A DNA stretch of 63,838 bases, filler included, from Atractiella rhizophila (lineage: Eukaryota): assembly GCA_021432655.1 (NCBI GenBank). It is 10 parts of 10 records of this genome, joined end to end, with 100 filler letters (N's around TTAATTAATTAA, not from the genome) between each part and the next. Parts side by side here need not be neighbours in the genome. Positions count along the whole stretch, not along the records: positions 45,528 to 52,963 come from MU272210.1; positions 53,064 to 60,492 come from MU272211.1; positions 60,593 to 62,197 come from MU272224.1; positions 62,298 to 63,838 come from MU272295.1; 6 more parts are not named here. The stretch is one strand, 5' to 3'. The notes beneath the pieces are model-generated. The model saw only the letters and a program-made list of their open reading frames with translations. It did no database searches and was not told the origin of the DNA. The translations under genes were made by a program, and so were the position numbers. Below are positions 50,649 through 63,838 of the stretch, piece after piece. Each line of letters starts with the position of its first letter. Position 1 is the first letter of the stretch.

Positions 50649-51968
50649 TTCTGATTTACGGTGTGAGCGTTAGCGATATTGGCAAGAACAAAGTATAATC
50701 TAGCTGCTACTTCTGCTACTTAGAGATACATAGACAACTTAAACTCCTTGCACGACCAGAATACTTCAGCAACTGAATAGAAAGTTGGAAGCAAACAACA
50801 TCATCCTGTATCTTTCTTAGTTTTATTCTCTGCCGTCACTTCCCCAGTCCGTTGCGGCTTCCCATTCTCTGCATTACCATTCGATGGTGAACTATCCGAA
50901 TCGTCATTCGCTTTCCGAATTGCAGAATTCTTGAGTTTCAGCACCAAGCCACCAGGCGGAGGCGTGGAGACAGATCTCCGAATGGGAATTTGTGACTTTT
51001 GCCCAAGATTGAACTTGATTTTGCCATTTCCTGGCGGGGTCGACGTGTCGCTTGCGGAAGGAGAAGGAGTTTTCAATTTCGGGGATGGAGTCGCGGGCTT
51101 GTCGTTCAAACCGACGATTGACCGTTTCTTCGCCAGATTCCCAAACGCCGATGCCTCCTCCTCTTCTTCTTCTTCCCGCCGACGCTTCTCTCCTGGTTTC
51201 AAGAGCGGTGGAGGCGGCGACGGTGCGCGGGACGCCTCATTTGCTACTGCAGATGGCACAGTCTCAGACGATGGAGGCTGTACCGTGTCCTTATCTGACG
51301 AAAGAGAATTCTGATTTACGGTGTGAGCGTTAGCGATATTGGCAAGAACAAAGTATAATCTAGCTGCTACTTCTGCTACTTAGAGATACATAGACAACTT
51401 AAACTCCTTGCACGACCAGAATACTTCAGCAACTGAATAGAAAGTTGGAAGCAAACAACATCATCCTGTATCTTTCTTAGTTTTATTCTCTGCCGTCACT
51501 TCCCCAGTCCGTTGCGGCTTCCCATTCTCTGCATTACCATTCGATGGTGAACTATCCGAATCGTCATTCGCTTTCCGAATTGCAGAATTCTTGAGTTTCA
51601 GCACCAAGCCACCAGGCGGAGGCGTGGAGACAGATCTCCGAATGGGAATTTGTGACTTTTGCCCAAGATTGAACTTGATTTTGCCATTTCCTGGCGGGGT
51701 CGACGTGTCGCTTGCGGCAGGAGAAGGAGTTTTCAATTTCGGGGATGGAGTCGCGGGCTTGTCGTTCAAACCGACGATTGACCGTTTCTTCGCCAGATTC
51801 CCAAACGCCGACGCCTCCTCCTCCTCTTCTTCTTCCCGCCGACGCTTCTCTCCTGGTTTCAAGAGCGGCGGAGGCGGCGACGGTGCGCGGGACGCCTCAT
51901 TTGCTACTGCAGATGGCACGGTCTCAGACGATGGAGGCTGTACCGTGCCCTTATCTGACGAAAGAGAT
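50649..51968. repeat. 660-bp tandem duplication of the PSY2 3' end and 3' flank
   Basis: 50649-51308 matches 51309-51968 with about six, mostly synonymous, substitutions. Possibly an uncollapsed haplotype. Confidence 0.85.
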
Positions 51969-52963
51969 TCGCGAACGAAGCCCCCAGCTGTGTCTTCATC
52001 CTCGTCATCGTAATCCACCAAACCCTTCGCAGGGGATCCAGGCAAAGGCCAGGACTGAGATTTCGGGACTCCGTTCGGATTGGCTGGCGAAGTTCTCGCA
52101 ACGATTAATCGAGGCTTCTTCCTTCCCTCCTCTTCCACATCGTCTGCATCCTCTAGAACCCGTTTCTTGGATCCGGTAGCAGAAGTTTGACCGGATCGGT
52201 TGATGACAGAAATGTTGAGAGTTCCCTCATCGTCATCGTCATCGTTAAAATACGACTCCTCGTCAGCGTCAATACGACGGCCGGGGCCCCAAGCACCGAT
52301 ACTGATCTCTCTCTTTGGCGTGCTATGGACATGAAAGGTATCAGGAGAAAGCAACAACAACAAAGTGAGAGTGAGCGCTAACCTAGTGTCAGGAGCAGAG
52401 GATACGGAGCTCGACAGCCTCATTGCGCTGTCGTTCATCTGCTCCCACTTGATGTCGAGTGCAGCGAAAGTCTTCAACTTGTTCCCTAAAGCCTTCATTC
52501 GTTCCTTATACACATCGAAAAGATGGTTGATGATCACCTTCTGGGTCGACTAGGACGAATGGAACACCCATTGGTCATTGGGCTCTTGGTAGTATAAGCC
52601 GAGGCGGACTTACAGATTTGATGAGTTCAAAAAGCTCGAGGCAGGCCGAAAGCGTGAGCCCAAAGCTGGAAACTTCCATCTCTACCAGACTGAGAAGTGT
52701 GCCGAAGACGTCGCTCCGGATGAGGGAACGGTTGTAGAAGTCATCCTGTTTTTGGACGACGGCCCGAAGGACTCTGATGCCAGCTGCAGAAGCAAAGAAT
52801 AAGGAGTCTGCAACGTCCGAGAAGAACAGGGTTGAAGCAACATACCTAATCGCAAGTGCTTGTAAGGGGTGCGGAGGAGGGAGACGATTTGTTCGAGCAG
52901 TTTTCCGGTGCCGGAAAGGACGAGGTATTTGGAACGGAATCCATGGCTGAAGATGAAGAAGCA
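51461..52963 (-). CDS. PSY2: PP4 regulatory subunit 3 (Psy2/SMEK), C-terminal part
   Basis: HGFRSKYLVL...YKHLRL.GIRVLR...DDFYNR...SACLELFELI; DADEESYFNDDDD; LVDYDDED. Confidence 0.85.
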
Positions 52964-53063
52964 NNNNNNNNNNNNNNNNNNNNNNNNNNNNNNNNNNNNN
53001 NNNNNNNTTAATTAATTAANNNNNNNNNNNNNNNNNNNNNNNNNNNNNNNNNNNNNNNNNNNN

Positions 53064-53957
53064 TCACCCTTTATTCATTTTGACAACTCAACGGACATCA
53101 GGTATCTCTTCGTTCCCGAGAATGAGAGGTTTACTTGCTTCGAAGACCGGCTCAACAAGGCAACGCAGGAGCTTCGTCCCGTTTCTACTTCTGAGCGCCA
53201 GCTTCTTGACAGTGTTAACGATGAGCTTCGACTGCTGGCACTCTTTCGAAGAGCTATTGCCCGCTGCTATGATGACGACTTCAAGCCAGAAGTGCCAAAC
53301 CTCGCCGAGTTTCTTTGTATCATTTTTTCATTTTTCAGATTCTAAATTCAGAAGGCTAACCTCATCGTCATGAATACTTAGGTGTTGACCGCTCCGTAGC
53401 CACACAGATTAGGAAACGCTTGGAGCAGGAACGGTTCCTAATCTGGGAATATCCGAAGAAGGGGAAGAAAAAGACGGCGAAGAAGCTGGTTGCGAATAGA
53501 GAGGAGAAGGTAATCAAATTAAGAAATAACAGATATTTTGAGCCCAGAAGGGGAGAAGAAGAGACGATTTGGAAACCACCTCGAGACGTCATCAACAGCG
53601 GAGAGGACGATGCAATGGGTGATGTCGACTCCGAGTTTCCTACGGTACGAGGACATTTTGAACCTCATCAATCTGATCGCTGAATCAGAGTCGAATAAAT
53701 ACTGGAGCAAGCGGGCAGTCAACTCAACAGATAAACAGCAATTCCTCCACGATCGCAGGTCCAAATGCTCTGGCAGCTGCTCAGATTACAACCGCTGTGA
53801 AAGCGAAATACGCTCCCAGACTGGGTCATACGAAGGGTAATAGGACCGCTTTCGGTTGCGGATTAGAAGACGACGACCTGCATCGAGCAGTCTCCATCAC
53901 TGCCAGTTTGACTGTAGGTCTTCTCTCACTCTAATTCTCTGACTTCTTCTGCCTCCA
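53064..53957 (-). CDS. Hypothetical intron-containing gene, 3' end in gap
   Basis: Protein-like frame (KLGEVWHFWLEVVIIAAG...LLRCLVEPVFEASKPLIL) and intron-like segments. No family recognised and exon structure unresolved. Confidence 0.3.
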
Positions 53958-54693
53958 TCCTTTCTCCAGCAACACCTGGAGGATCCTCTAGAAACTCAGA
54001 TCATTACCACCCAGATTGATAACATTGCTGGAACCCAAACCCACTCCTCATCAGACTCATTGTCATCATCATTCAAGAGGAAAGCGATCGATTCTGCGAC
54101 TGATCAACTGCCACTCAAGAAGCCAAGGGTCTCCTTTGCTCAGACTACCCTTTACGTCCCTTAAACCCTGGAACCGAACGCATCAGGCTTTCAAATTCAG
54201 GGTGGACGATATCGTAAACTATTTTCATCAGTTCAATGTCTTTTTAGCATCCCATCAGCAACTTGCCGCGAACACCTAGCATTCTCAATTACTTATTTCT
54301 CAATCGGCGTTCGACGCTCATCATTCAGCTAAATTTCGTTTCAGCAGTTTGTTTGCACTCACCTCCACTTCGATAACGTTTCACTGCATCTTCGTGTTCC
54401 TCTGCCCAATGTCTGAATCGTGAACACCAGCATCATCAAGTCTTCACATCTCTGTTGTTTTCATCTTTCGCTAATCTGTGTAATACATAGCAATGAGTCT
54501 ACAAGCTCAAAAATGCGAGCAATACTATATCGCTTTCAACTACGTTCTCCTCCATCGTAGCCCCTTAACTGTTCTCATGCTCTCCCTGACCGTCCCCCGA
54601 TCAGAGAGATACACCTGCAGACCGCTCATGAGATTAATCTGGAATAGATGAAGGACTTCCTGACATTCGTGCCATTCAAGCTGAGATCACCGA

Positions 54694-55310
54694 CTAATTT
54701 CTAGCGATAGCATCCATCGCACTCTCAAACCGTTGACTCTTGATCGGCTGACTTCCATCATGCGTCGAGAAAGGGTTGAAGACGTGCGATATGTAGGCAT
54801 TATTGATAGCATTGAAAATCTAGTCCAGGCTCAGAATCTCGCCGTTGGAGGAGGACTGCGCTGGACTTGTACGAACCATCTTGATGTCTGCGTCACGAAC
54901 GAGGACGTCTGCGAGTGCTAAAACGAGGACGTAACGTGTGCGGGTGTGGGTTTGGTACCCATATCTGTCCGTATTACTCGTTCGAGTCGATAAGCGCGAC
55001 AGAGAAAAGAGACGGACACAACGTAGTCTTCCATGGCGTACAATAATCCGAGATAGCATTCGAAGGTCTTTGTTGCTTGGCTCTCTGCCAAATTACATAT
55101 TTACATCAACATGAAATTGTAGCGAAGAGACACGGAGGAAGACAAACCACGTTCTTCAAAGACGTCCAAGCTGCAATTTGCCGCATAATGCCATTTCAAG
55201 TCGTTCTCCGCTCCTTGACGGGACGAATAGCTCTTAATGAAGAGCGGGTTTGAAGCTTTCCCTATTACGGCGATAGCGAGGATACGAAGTCCAGGTCCCA
55301 GAACCGACAT
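54694..55310 (-). CDS. TRAPP subunit 2-like (Sedlin/longin; TRAPPC2L/Tca17)
   Basis: IAVIGKASNPLFIK, LKWHYAANCSLDVFEER, YLGLLYAMEDY.YGYQT.T, IFNAINNAYISHVFNPF. Confidence 0.88.
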
Positions 55311-55603
55311 CCTGATTCATGCAGAAAGTTCAAACTAGTCGTCAGCGAAACGCTCAATGCGGACTCATGCGCACAACTCACTTCTACTTTACTCTGTAAA
55401 CACGGCTGCCCTTCTGCACAAGCAGTGGACCTAAAGTTTCAAATTTTAGTTATGAAGAGTGAACGGGAAGGACGGGACCTCCGTGTCGGAAGATGGCGAT
55501 GGTGATTCGCGTGACTCCGCTGTTCGTGCTCCGAAAGAGCCCACGACCGTGCCTTTGTGGCCTCTCATCCCCTCTATCTCACCATCTCAGCGCAACAGTA
55601 TCG

Positions 55604-58600
55604 ATGGACTCCTTCGCCCAGGCAACTTCGATCTCCAAAGCAACAGAGGGACAGAACGGTCTTGCCAACTCAACAAAGCGATCGAGGGTCGCTCACGATA
55701 ATGATCACGACGAGCAGACGGCCGAGGAGTCGCTGGAGAACTCAAAGGTGAAGGGGAAGCGGAAGGATGAGAAGGAGAAGTTCATCACTTGCGATCATTG
55801 TCGAAGGAACAAGACGAGATGCGTGAAAGACAGCCAGATTGCAGCTTGCAACGCGTGCAAGAAACATGGTTTGCAGTCTGTCTTTCGATTCATTTTAATC
55901 TTTCTTTGACACGTCGTGCGTGTGTAGATGCACAGTAGGCATAAAGCGCCAACGTAAGCGCAAGAACGATCCTGGACCCGTATTCTCTGACCAGCAATAC
56001 GACGGGTCTGTAACCTTCTCTGCTTCACCTTGTTGTCAAATTGAACGATATCTCTTGTCTCGCAGTGCTCCTCCAAATAGATCGCAGGCAACCACTTCTC
56101 TACAGCTACAGCTGGCCGGCCCGTCTTCAGTTGAAACTCGCCTCGAGCAGAGGGCAATGACGGGTGCATTGTCGAGTCACTTGATTCAAGGTCACCACTT
56201 CCACCTCCCTACCCCGACCATCGGCCGCGATACTAATCTCAACTATACAGAAAATTTCAAAATCCTTCCCAACCCAGTATCAGCGGCGATTATACCCAAT
56301 TTCTTTCTCGCCTTTGAGAATGCAGGCAGAGATGCCTCACGTCTTGGTCCATATGGAGAGGTGGGTATTGTCTTGGTCTTCGGATCACGTTCTGTTGCGT
56401 TTCAAATCTCTAATTCTGCACATGCAGATAATAGCGGCAGCCCACATTGGTTCAGGCTGTCATAGTTCCTGCCATTCTGTTCGTCTCTCCATTTAGCATC
56501 TTGAGCGAACAACTATCCTCACATCTTGCTTTGTGTAGGCTTTGATAGGCAGACTCGCGCGTGTGGATGTTCCCGTTTATTTTGGAGATCTGAGAAGCTT
56601 CGGATACACCAAGCAAAACGCCTGTGCCGCGCTCAAGACTCGCGCCGCCAATTTGCTAGAGGAGTCCGATGCTCTCACGCGACCTAGCATTGACACCATC
56701 GCGGTGATATTGGACGTTGTCAGAATGCTATGGAGTATGTCCTCCCGCTTTTTCTCCATGCGCTTTGCCCCTATCTCTTCGAGGAGACGCTCCCCCTGAC
56801 TATGTTCTGGCTTTGCTCAGTGACACGCGTCGATCTCGCAGATCGTTACTTCCGACACGCCCTGGCGCATTGGCGCTACTTCGTCTCCCTCAGTGAACAA
56901 GGTCATGCCCCTCTCGGCGTGGAATGGGCGCGATGGATGTATCTCTTCGACAGCACTCTAGCAGAGAGGTCCAGTCGAGCATCGTATGTGACAGACCAGG
57001 AGATCCGTTCCATCATCGCACCAGCCCTCAACCTACCTGCTAACTCATTCCTTGACCCGACAGCCTTGTTGAACTACGACCCAGATGCGGAGATAAAGAA
57101 TGAAAAACCGCTCATCTTCCAGTCAAACTTGGTCTTGCATCGAGTCTTCGGATATGGGATCCAGCAGATTGAGCAGAGAGACGACCCGGATCTCACTTTA
57201 CAAGTCTTGAAGAACCTCATCCGACGAGTTGACGACTTATGGCGTTGGTTGGAGGCAAGGAGGCTGCACGATCTCAGGGTTGCGCCGAATGGCCCGAGCA
57301 AGAGTTTCACTTATTATCAATACTATTCAAGACGTGGAGGTTCGTCTCATTCTGCCTGCCTCTGAATTCCATTCTTTGAAACAAAAAAGCTGTTACTGAT
57401 GACTATGCGCAGAGTTCGCAATCCGCATGTTTCGCTGCTTTTCCCTTGCTGAAAAGCAACTCGAACGAACCTTTCACCCTGCACTAGATGCGTTCCGGAC
57501 CCAACTGCAAAGGAGGGTCGATGCCGAGATTGGAAATTTCGCAGACTGGTTGAAGATTTGTCACTCAGTTTGTCTTTCCACCCTCCCCAAGATTACTGAC
57601 CTGATAATTCCATAAGGAACTTATACTCACCAAGCCTGAAGTGACTTCCGAGTTCGTTCGATCTCTTCGCCTGATCTGTAGAGTCTTCGGCTACCTCCCT
57701 GGCTCATTCAGCTATTGGGAGAGGTACCTAAAAAATGGCCCGAAGTCGCTGGAGAGGAAGCTTCAGGAGGCCCAATGGGTCCTCCAGGTCTGCAAACCCC
57801 TCGGATTTTTCTCAAAGTCGACGGCAGATTGGGCCACGAAACTTGAAGAGGCAATAAGCAAATTCGCTTCGAGCGAGGTACGTAAATGTAAATGAGCAAG
57901 ACGTTATACTAACCATCGTGCAGCCAACAATGTTTACTCAGGCGTCACTCACCAATCCCCCATCCACCACCGTTGTTGACCCTAATTTCTCGGTATCTGT
58001 CCGCAATAATCAGAACGATATAAAAAAAGTCCTTGCCCAGCACCTTTGGACAGTACGCTGCTGCTTTGTCTCCTATATATGCACCGTCTCCGCCGCATGC
58101 CCAAACCAATCATTATTCCCCTTCCTCACCTCTAAACAGCTCTTTCAAAGATATGCCTTATTCCCCTCCTCCAAGCTTGGTGGACCCATCATCACCCGTC
58201 ACATCTACCGCTCTGTATCAGTCATCATCTTCACCTGTTACCCAAAGTTCGTTACATCCTGTACCACTCAGTCGAGAGGGGTCTGGGTATGCCAATTCGC
58301 CAAACCAACATTATCCGTCGCCTTCGTCCTCAGATTCTCCCGTGGATGTTAACTTGCAGCCATACGGAACGCATTTGTCGAATTCGGCAGCAAGTTGGGA
58401 CGTTCAATCCAGCAGCCCTTCATCGACTGGGTTACCCCATCCGCCAACTACAGCCGAAGCTCCTGGGGCATCATGGGACAGATCTTCCCCCGATCAACGA
58501 CAGGATACTAGAACTTGGATCCAACCCGTGATGATTCAACCTCCTCGCCTTCCTGAACTCGCCCCTCATCTCCAGGCACCAACTTTCCCCACGTTCCACA

Positions 58601-58933
58601 ATTCACCGCGGATTATGCCCCCGTCACCATCACATATATCCACCATATACCGCAACCGCTGCTAGTATTACCTTTGATCAGTCCCAGGATGCAGCTCCAG
58701 CAGCGTCGAAGCGTCCCTTTACCCCGTGGAGGAAACACAACTTACCTCCTTATCAGTCTGGTTATCCCTATCTTTATGAACTGCAACCTCAATCTCAGTC
58801 TCTTCCCTATTATTCGAATGGACACCCGGTTCAACCAAACGGATACACAGCTCCATACCTTCCCGTCGATCAACAGGTACAAACCCAACAACGGGTCGAA
58901 CTAGCGAATGTCCTGACCCATAAGGCCGTGTAA
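55604..58933 (+). CDS. Zn(II)2Cys6 fungal transcription factor (many introns; 3' end approximate)
   Basis: CDHCRRNKTRC...CNACKKHGLQ|C; helical middle region; Pro/Ser/Gln-rich C-terminus with a probable frameshift near 58630. Confidence 0.85.
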
Positions 58934-59393
58934 CGAGATTTCGAACACCGGAGATCCCAACTCGATTCCTGCTGTCTCTATTTATTATCCGAGAAACACA
59001 TGATCTTGGCTGTCTCATTAGTGCATGATCTTCTTATAAGTCGGTGTATGTAGTTCTGGATTTCGATTCTTCTCTTCAGTGTTTGTTCTTGCCCTTGTGA
59101 TTATTCGTGCTACGAGACTTCATAGATGGCAGAACAAATGTGTAACAGGATGCNNNNNNNNNNNNNNNNNNNNNNNNNNNNNNNNNNNNNNNNNNNNNNN
59201 NNNNNNNNNNNNNNNNNNNNNNNNNNNNNNNNNNNNNNNNNNNNNNNNNNNNNNNNNNNNNNNNNNNNNNNNNNNNNNNNNNNNNNNNNNNNNNNNNNNN
59301 NNNNNNNNNNNNNNNNNNNNNNNNNNNNNNNNNNNNNNNNNNNNNNNNNNNNNNNNNNNNNNNNNNNNNNNNNNNNNNNNNNNNNNNNNNNNN

Positions 59394-60357
59394 CTCCTCT
59401 CTCTCTCCCTCTCCGAAGGGCCGGGTGGTCGCCTTGTGCCGGTGGACAGGAGGGGAAGCATGGTTGGTCCCAATCCAAGGTCATCTCTCGTCGGAGGGTC
59501 GGTTTTGTCGATGCTAGGCGATCGACCCCTGAGTTGGAGACGTGGCGGAGTGGTGGACGGCTCCCCCGTTTGATTTTCCAGCCATGGAATGGGCGAAAGC
59601 ATATCCATCAGTTGAGGTGCATTTACATTAGGCTCCAGGGAAGCGAGCGGCGTGGATGGAGGAAGAGGGAAAGCGGAGATGGGAGAGGTAACGGAGAGCA
59701 CGCGGGAGATAGCTTGCATGTAAGAGGCAAGGGTGCGATGGTGTGGATGGCAGAAACGAGGGGAAGTAGAGGAAGAAGAGATGGATGGATCACCTTGCAA
59801 CGAAGGGCCTGGTGGAGTGATTGGATCAATGATACAGAGCTCCACCAGTCGTTGGATTGTAAATGGAGGAGACCTACGCTCAATTTATCCACAGTCAGCT
59901 TACCAACTCTGTTTATAAAGCTAAGAGGAAACAAGCACTCACGAGCCAAATTGACCATCGATGGTTGCGAAGAATTGTGTCTTCCGACTAGATACTTCGA
60001 GTGCCGTGAGCTCTGGAAGCTGTAGAGCCCGACGTTGAGGAGACTTCTCCGGTGACTTCTCAGGCGAATTTTCTCGCGCCTTTTGGTAGGCAGTTATGTT
60101 CTGCGCCGTGGCTCCACATTCAGTCAGCTGAATCCACAGGAGAAAGAACCAACCGCATCGATTTTGTATTTAATCATGTCCTTCAACTTGTTCCAATCCA
60201 CCTGCCTAAAACCCATTTAACTAGTCCGTACAAAGACTGTAGTAAAATTCATTCACTCCAGAGAGCCTGTGGACGCAACTTTTTGAAGTGTTTCCTCATA
60301 TTCTGCAGGCAACGAAGGTCAGCATGAATACATCCTGACTTTTGAACTACTCGCCAT
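59394..60357 (-). CDS. PSY4: PP4 regulatory subunit 2 (Psy4/PPP4R2); C-terminus runs into a gap
   Basis: LQKVASTG, WNKLKDMIKYKI, PPFTIQRLVEL, YMQAISRVLSVTS, LSPIPWL. Confidence 0.8.
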
Positions 60358-60592
60358 CTTTCCACTCGATTTTCTGAAGATTCTGAGCTTCAGCGACAAT
60401 TTGAACCATTGCCTCAGCCATCGCAGATCAATGTTTCCACAACTTGTAGTATGGTCACGTGGTCCCATCCAAAATCGGTATTCCATTGCAGCNNNNNNNN
60501 NNNNNNNNNNNNNNNNNNNNNNNNNNNNNNNNNNNNTTAATTAATTAANNNNNNNNNNNNNNNNNNNNNNNNNNNNNNNNNNNNNNNNNNNN

Positions 60593-60919
60593 CACAAATT
60601 ATGCACAAGAGATTGACCGTACACGGCTTTACCATTCTTGAGCTTATGCCAAAATATCTGCAAGACTTCTACGCAACCTTCCCGGCCAAAGTTCTCACTG
60701 GTGAGATAAAGCACAGGCAAACCACATATCACGGCCTGGATAAAGGGCCGCAAGCGTTGGATGACGTGCTGAGGGTTTGTCCTACAAATTGCCCTAAAGT
60801 GCCGACGCTGATAGATGGTACAGGGCAAAAATGAAGGAAAAGTAGTAGTAGTCTTGAAGCAACTCGTGGCAGTAGAAATAGGAATCAATATTATGATAAA
60901 TAGATCAATAAGAGTATAA
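60593..60919 (+). CDS. NADP-dependent alkenal/prostaglandin reductase-like MDR, C-terminal fragment
   Basis: KRLTVHGF...GEIKHRQTTYHGLDKGPQAL..VL.GQNEGKVVV. Confidence 0.8.
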
Positions 60920-61096
60920 GTAAAGTAGCTGAAGCACTGACAAATGAGGAGGAAGTCCACACGCACTTTTCGAATAGATAACCTTCTCCATCTCATCCAT
61001 ACTCACACGATATCACATATTGAGACGGTAAGAGAGTTGTTGACGGGAAGGGATGTGGTAAAATTACAACCTTTCATGCTGACCTGAAATAACTAT

Positions 61097-62197
61097 TCAG
61101 CTCTTTAAAAACTTATCCTTTCCCCCTTCAAATGACGCTAGCTCCCTCTTCCAATTCTCATCCTCACCCCACTTCCTCACCAACCTCTTCAACTCCTCCT
61201 TTTGTTCCCTCATCGGCCGCTCTTCTCCCGCCCAAACGTCTTCAAACAGCTTCTGCAGCGGGGGCTTGCGCTCCCTCTCTCGTATCCCCAGTTCTTTCAA
61301 CACCTCCTTCCTCCACTCCTTTTTCACACTTTCTTCTCGTTCGTCGTCCCACCATTTACGCTCAGAGGCTTGAAGGAAGTGACGCATGCGATAGATCGGA
61401 TTATCCGCCTTCTTCCAATTCTCAACTTCGGTTGAACTCCGGTAGGCACTAGAGTCATCCGATCTGTTCACACGAAGCGCTCGTCAACCGTGTGTCCTTT
61501 ATCACTGAAGAACAGAATGAAAGACTACGAACGTGGAATGATGTCCAACACGGTACGACAACGCCTCGATCAACACAGGCTTCTCTCCTTCGGTAGCCCG
61601 CCTGCGAGCCTCTTTCGTCGCGAGATAAACCGCTATGGGATCGTTCCCATCGACTTCATCGTCACATCAGCCCAGTGCTTCACACAAGGGAGGGTGGAGG
61701 TGCTGGACAAACCTCGAATAGTTTCGATCCCATAGCCCGGTCCCCGACTCGCGATTCCATCACCTCTAAACTGTTCTGTCGTCGGGGTTGAGATTGCGAA
61801 CCCGTTATTCTAGACATCATGATGCCACTATCAATCAATACGGGTTTTCCATGAGGCAGAAGAAATGAGAGTCGCACCCGGACAAAAAACACTATAGGTC
61901 CCCCGAGGACAGAAGCCATGTTAAGACCGGCGTGAAAGTCACCCTTTACCCTCATTTTAAGCAACGTCTATTTCTTCAAGAAATAGTGGGAAACATACCT
62001 CACTCGCTGCTCCGTCGCCGAAATAACAAACGACGCAATCAGATCCTCTCTTCTCTCCCCTCTGTTTCATCCTCTTGATAGCGTAAGCGGCTCCTGCCGC
62101 CTTACAAGAGTGCTTCAGCTAGATAGCAAGGATCAAGGAGGAACTTACCTGAGGAATCTGCGTTGCTAGCGGAGAACTGATAGTCTGATAATGCAAC
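61097..62197 (-). CDS. Branched-chain 2-oxoacid dehydrogenase E1 alpha, C-terminal part
   Basis: [57 protein letters not shown]. Confidence 0.93.
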
Positions 62198-62297
62198 NNN
62201 NNNNNNNNNNNNNNNNNNNNNNNNNNNNNNNNNNNNNNNNNTTAATTAATTAANNNNNNNNNNNNNNNNNNNNNNNNNNNNNNNNNNNNNNNNNNNN

Positions 62298-63838
62298 AGA
62301 CGGATATGTTGAGCATGCTCTTCAGCTGTCTTCGAGTAGATGAGGATATCGTCGAGGTAGACCACAACAAACTGATCGAGGAAAGGTCGGAGGACTTTGT
62401 TCATCAATGCCTGGAACGTTGCAGGGGCATTGGTGAGTCCAAACGGCATGACAAGGGATTCATAGAGTCCATAGCGTGTCTTGAAAGCCGTTTTATGAAT
62501 CGAATCCGGGTGAATTGGGACCTGATTATAGCCTTTGGTAAGATCGATCTTGCTAAAGAACTTGGCGCCAACAAGTCGATCAAGGCAATCATCAATTCGA
62601 GGGAGAGGAAAGCGATTCTTGATAGTCTGTCGATTCAACGCTCGGAAATCATGACAGAGTCGAAGGCTGCCATCCTTCTTTGGGACGAATAAGATAGGTG
62701 CACCGTACGGGGAGTCTGAGGGACGAATGCGACCTGCTTCCACCTCTTCCTCTATCCACGCCTTCAGAGTAGCTAGTTCTGAGGGCGAGTTGCGATAGAG
62801 TGGACGGTTAGGCGGAGAAGAACCGGGGATCTCATGAATCTCGTGGTAGACGCCTCTGTCGACAACCCCAGTTGGAAGATCTGAGGAGAAGACATCTCGA
62901 AATTCATTGAGGACTTCCTTGAGAGCTGCGTTGTCCGTTTGGAATACATCTGTGATGTGTGGACGAGGAGCTGAGGTGTCTGACTCCTCCAGGCCTTCCA
63001 AGGAAGGGCGGACCACAGCGAGGAACATAGGTTGTTTCTTTCTTGCTGCGCGCTTGATGGCAAGCGAACTAATCACTCGAACGTTGGAATGGGACTTGGG
63101 TTTGGTTGGATGCGCATCCGGGGATGTTGAGTGACAAGTCGTCCAAAAAGGGAGCTGCTCGCGAAGTGGAATTCGTAGAGAGGCAAGCCGACACTTGCTT
63201 CTTCGAGCAGTGTATCTTCTTGACGGATAGGATGTCCTGCGCACGTTGGGATTGTGGGCAGCCAAAGTGGACGTCAAAGGAGACACAGGAGTGGGTGGAG
63301 AGACGGCGGAAGGCTTGACTGGACAGAAGGCATTGAGCCCCAGCCAGCCGAGCATCAAAGAGATATAACTCTTTGACTCGTCCTCCGAAGGTGGAAGTTC
63401 GTTGTGGGAAGGGATGAACGAATGGCCAGAAGGGTACTCTACCCCTGAGCGTGAGGAGAGGGTATTGGTGCAAAAATCTGGGATGGGATTGAAAATCGCA
63501 GACCATTTCTTCCCGATAACCACGTCTGCATGCGCGATTGGCAGCACTCCAAGCTGAACATCCAAGGACTTGAAGACTCCATCCATCGAAGGAATTTCGA
63601 TGGTGGCGATAACGTGGTGGGTGATAGCGGACCCAGGTTTTCCCTCAATTCCTTCCGTGTGTAGGATTTCGGGGTAAGGAATGAGAGGGAGGTTGGAACG
63701 TTGACAAAAACGAGGATCTACGAAACCGATTGTGTCGCCTAGACAGCCGGAATCGTGGAAGACTGAGGCTGGATTGCCGTTGAGCGTTCCCCTCACGACA
63801 ATCTGATCTTCCCAATCCGTCCCGAACGAATTAAGGTG
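62298..63838 (-). mobile_element. Ty3/gypsy LTR retrotransposon pol (protease + RT), partial, open frame
   Basis: Protease DSG and [65 protein letters not shown]. Confidence 0.95.

Noticed and set aside
50649..51968. 660-bp tandem duplication as a new truncated PSY2 paralog (ORF 50801-51259)
   Set aside because: Few, mostly synonymous differences, and no promoter or true ATG. An uncollapsed allele is the simpler explanation; long reads are needed.
51461..60357. PP4 subunits PSY2 and PSY4 about 7 kb apart, suggesting a PP4 gene cluster
   Set aside because: An artificial spacer (52964-53063) separates them and the scaffolds appear ordered by length, so the adjacency is not evidence of linkage.

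Overview
Intron-rich eukaryotic DNA from a fungus, most likely a basidiomycete (inferred from short GT-AG introns and gene content; Pucciniomycotina is a guess). The window is not one locus. It is ten scaffolds joined by artificial 100-nt spacers (44N-TTAATTAATTAA-44N), and pieces 2-8 fall in strictly decreasing length (7508, 7489, 7479, 7465, 7445, 7436, 7429 bp), so adjacency across spacers carries no meaning. Homopolymer-type errors frameshift even conserved genes such as PKC1. Recognisable genes: carotenoid oxygenase, PARL-like rhomboid, tRNA-Asn, LMW-PTP, HSP20, PKC1, PXR1-like, SAH1, GT71 mannosyltransferase, HAD hydrolase, GNAT, TRZ1, F-box, SFH5, EXS/SYG1, MEC1/ATR, NADAR, TRM10, PSY2, TRAPPC2L, a Zn2Cys6 TF, PSY4, an alkenal reductase, BCKDH E1-alpha and a Ty3/gypsy pol. 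Best leads: (1) an A-B-A-B array of four spliced 58-74 aa microprotein genes sharing one unrecognised module, missed by the ORF track; (2) a Crinkler-header + REase-like + kinase gene, plus a relic paralog sharing near-identical DNA only at the HLHIVVQ junction; (3) a decayed repeat with ascomycete-style CpA>TpA (RIP-like) mutation; (4) a PARL-like rhomboid and a NADAR protein that lack key catalytic-motif residues; (5) possible back-to-back 5'UTR introns; (6) a TA-flanked MITE whose empty site is visible in the paralogous unit.
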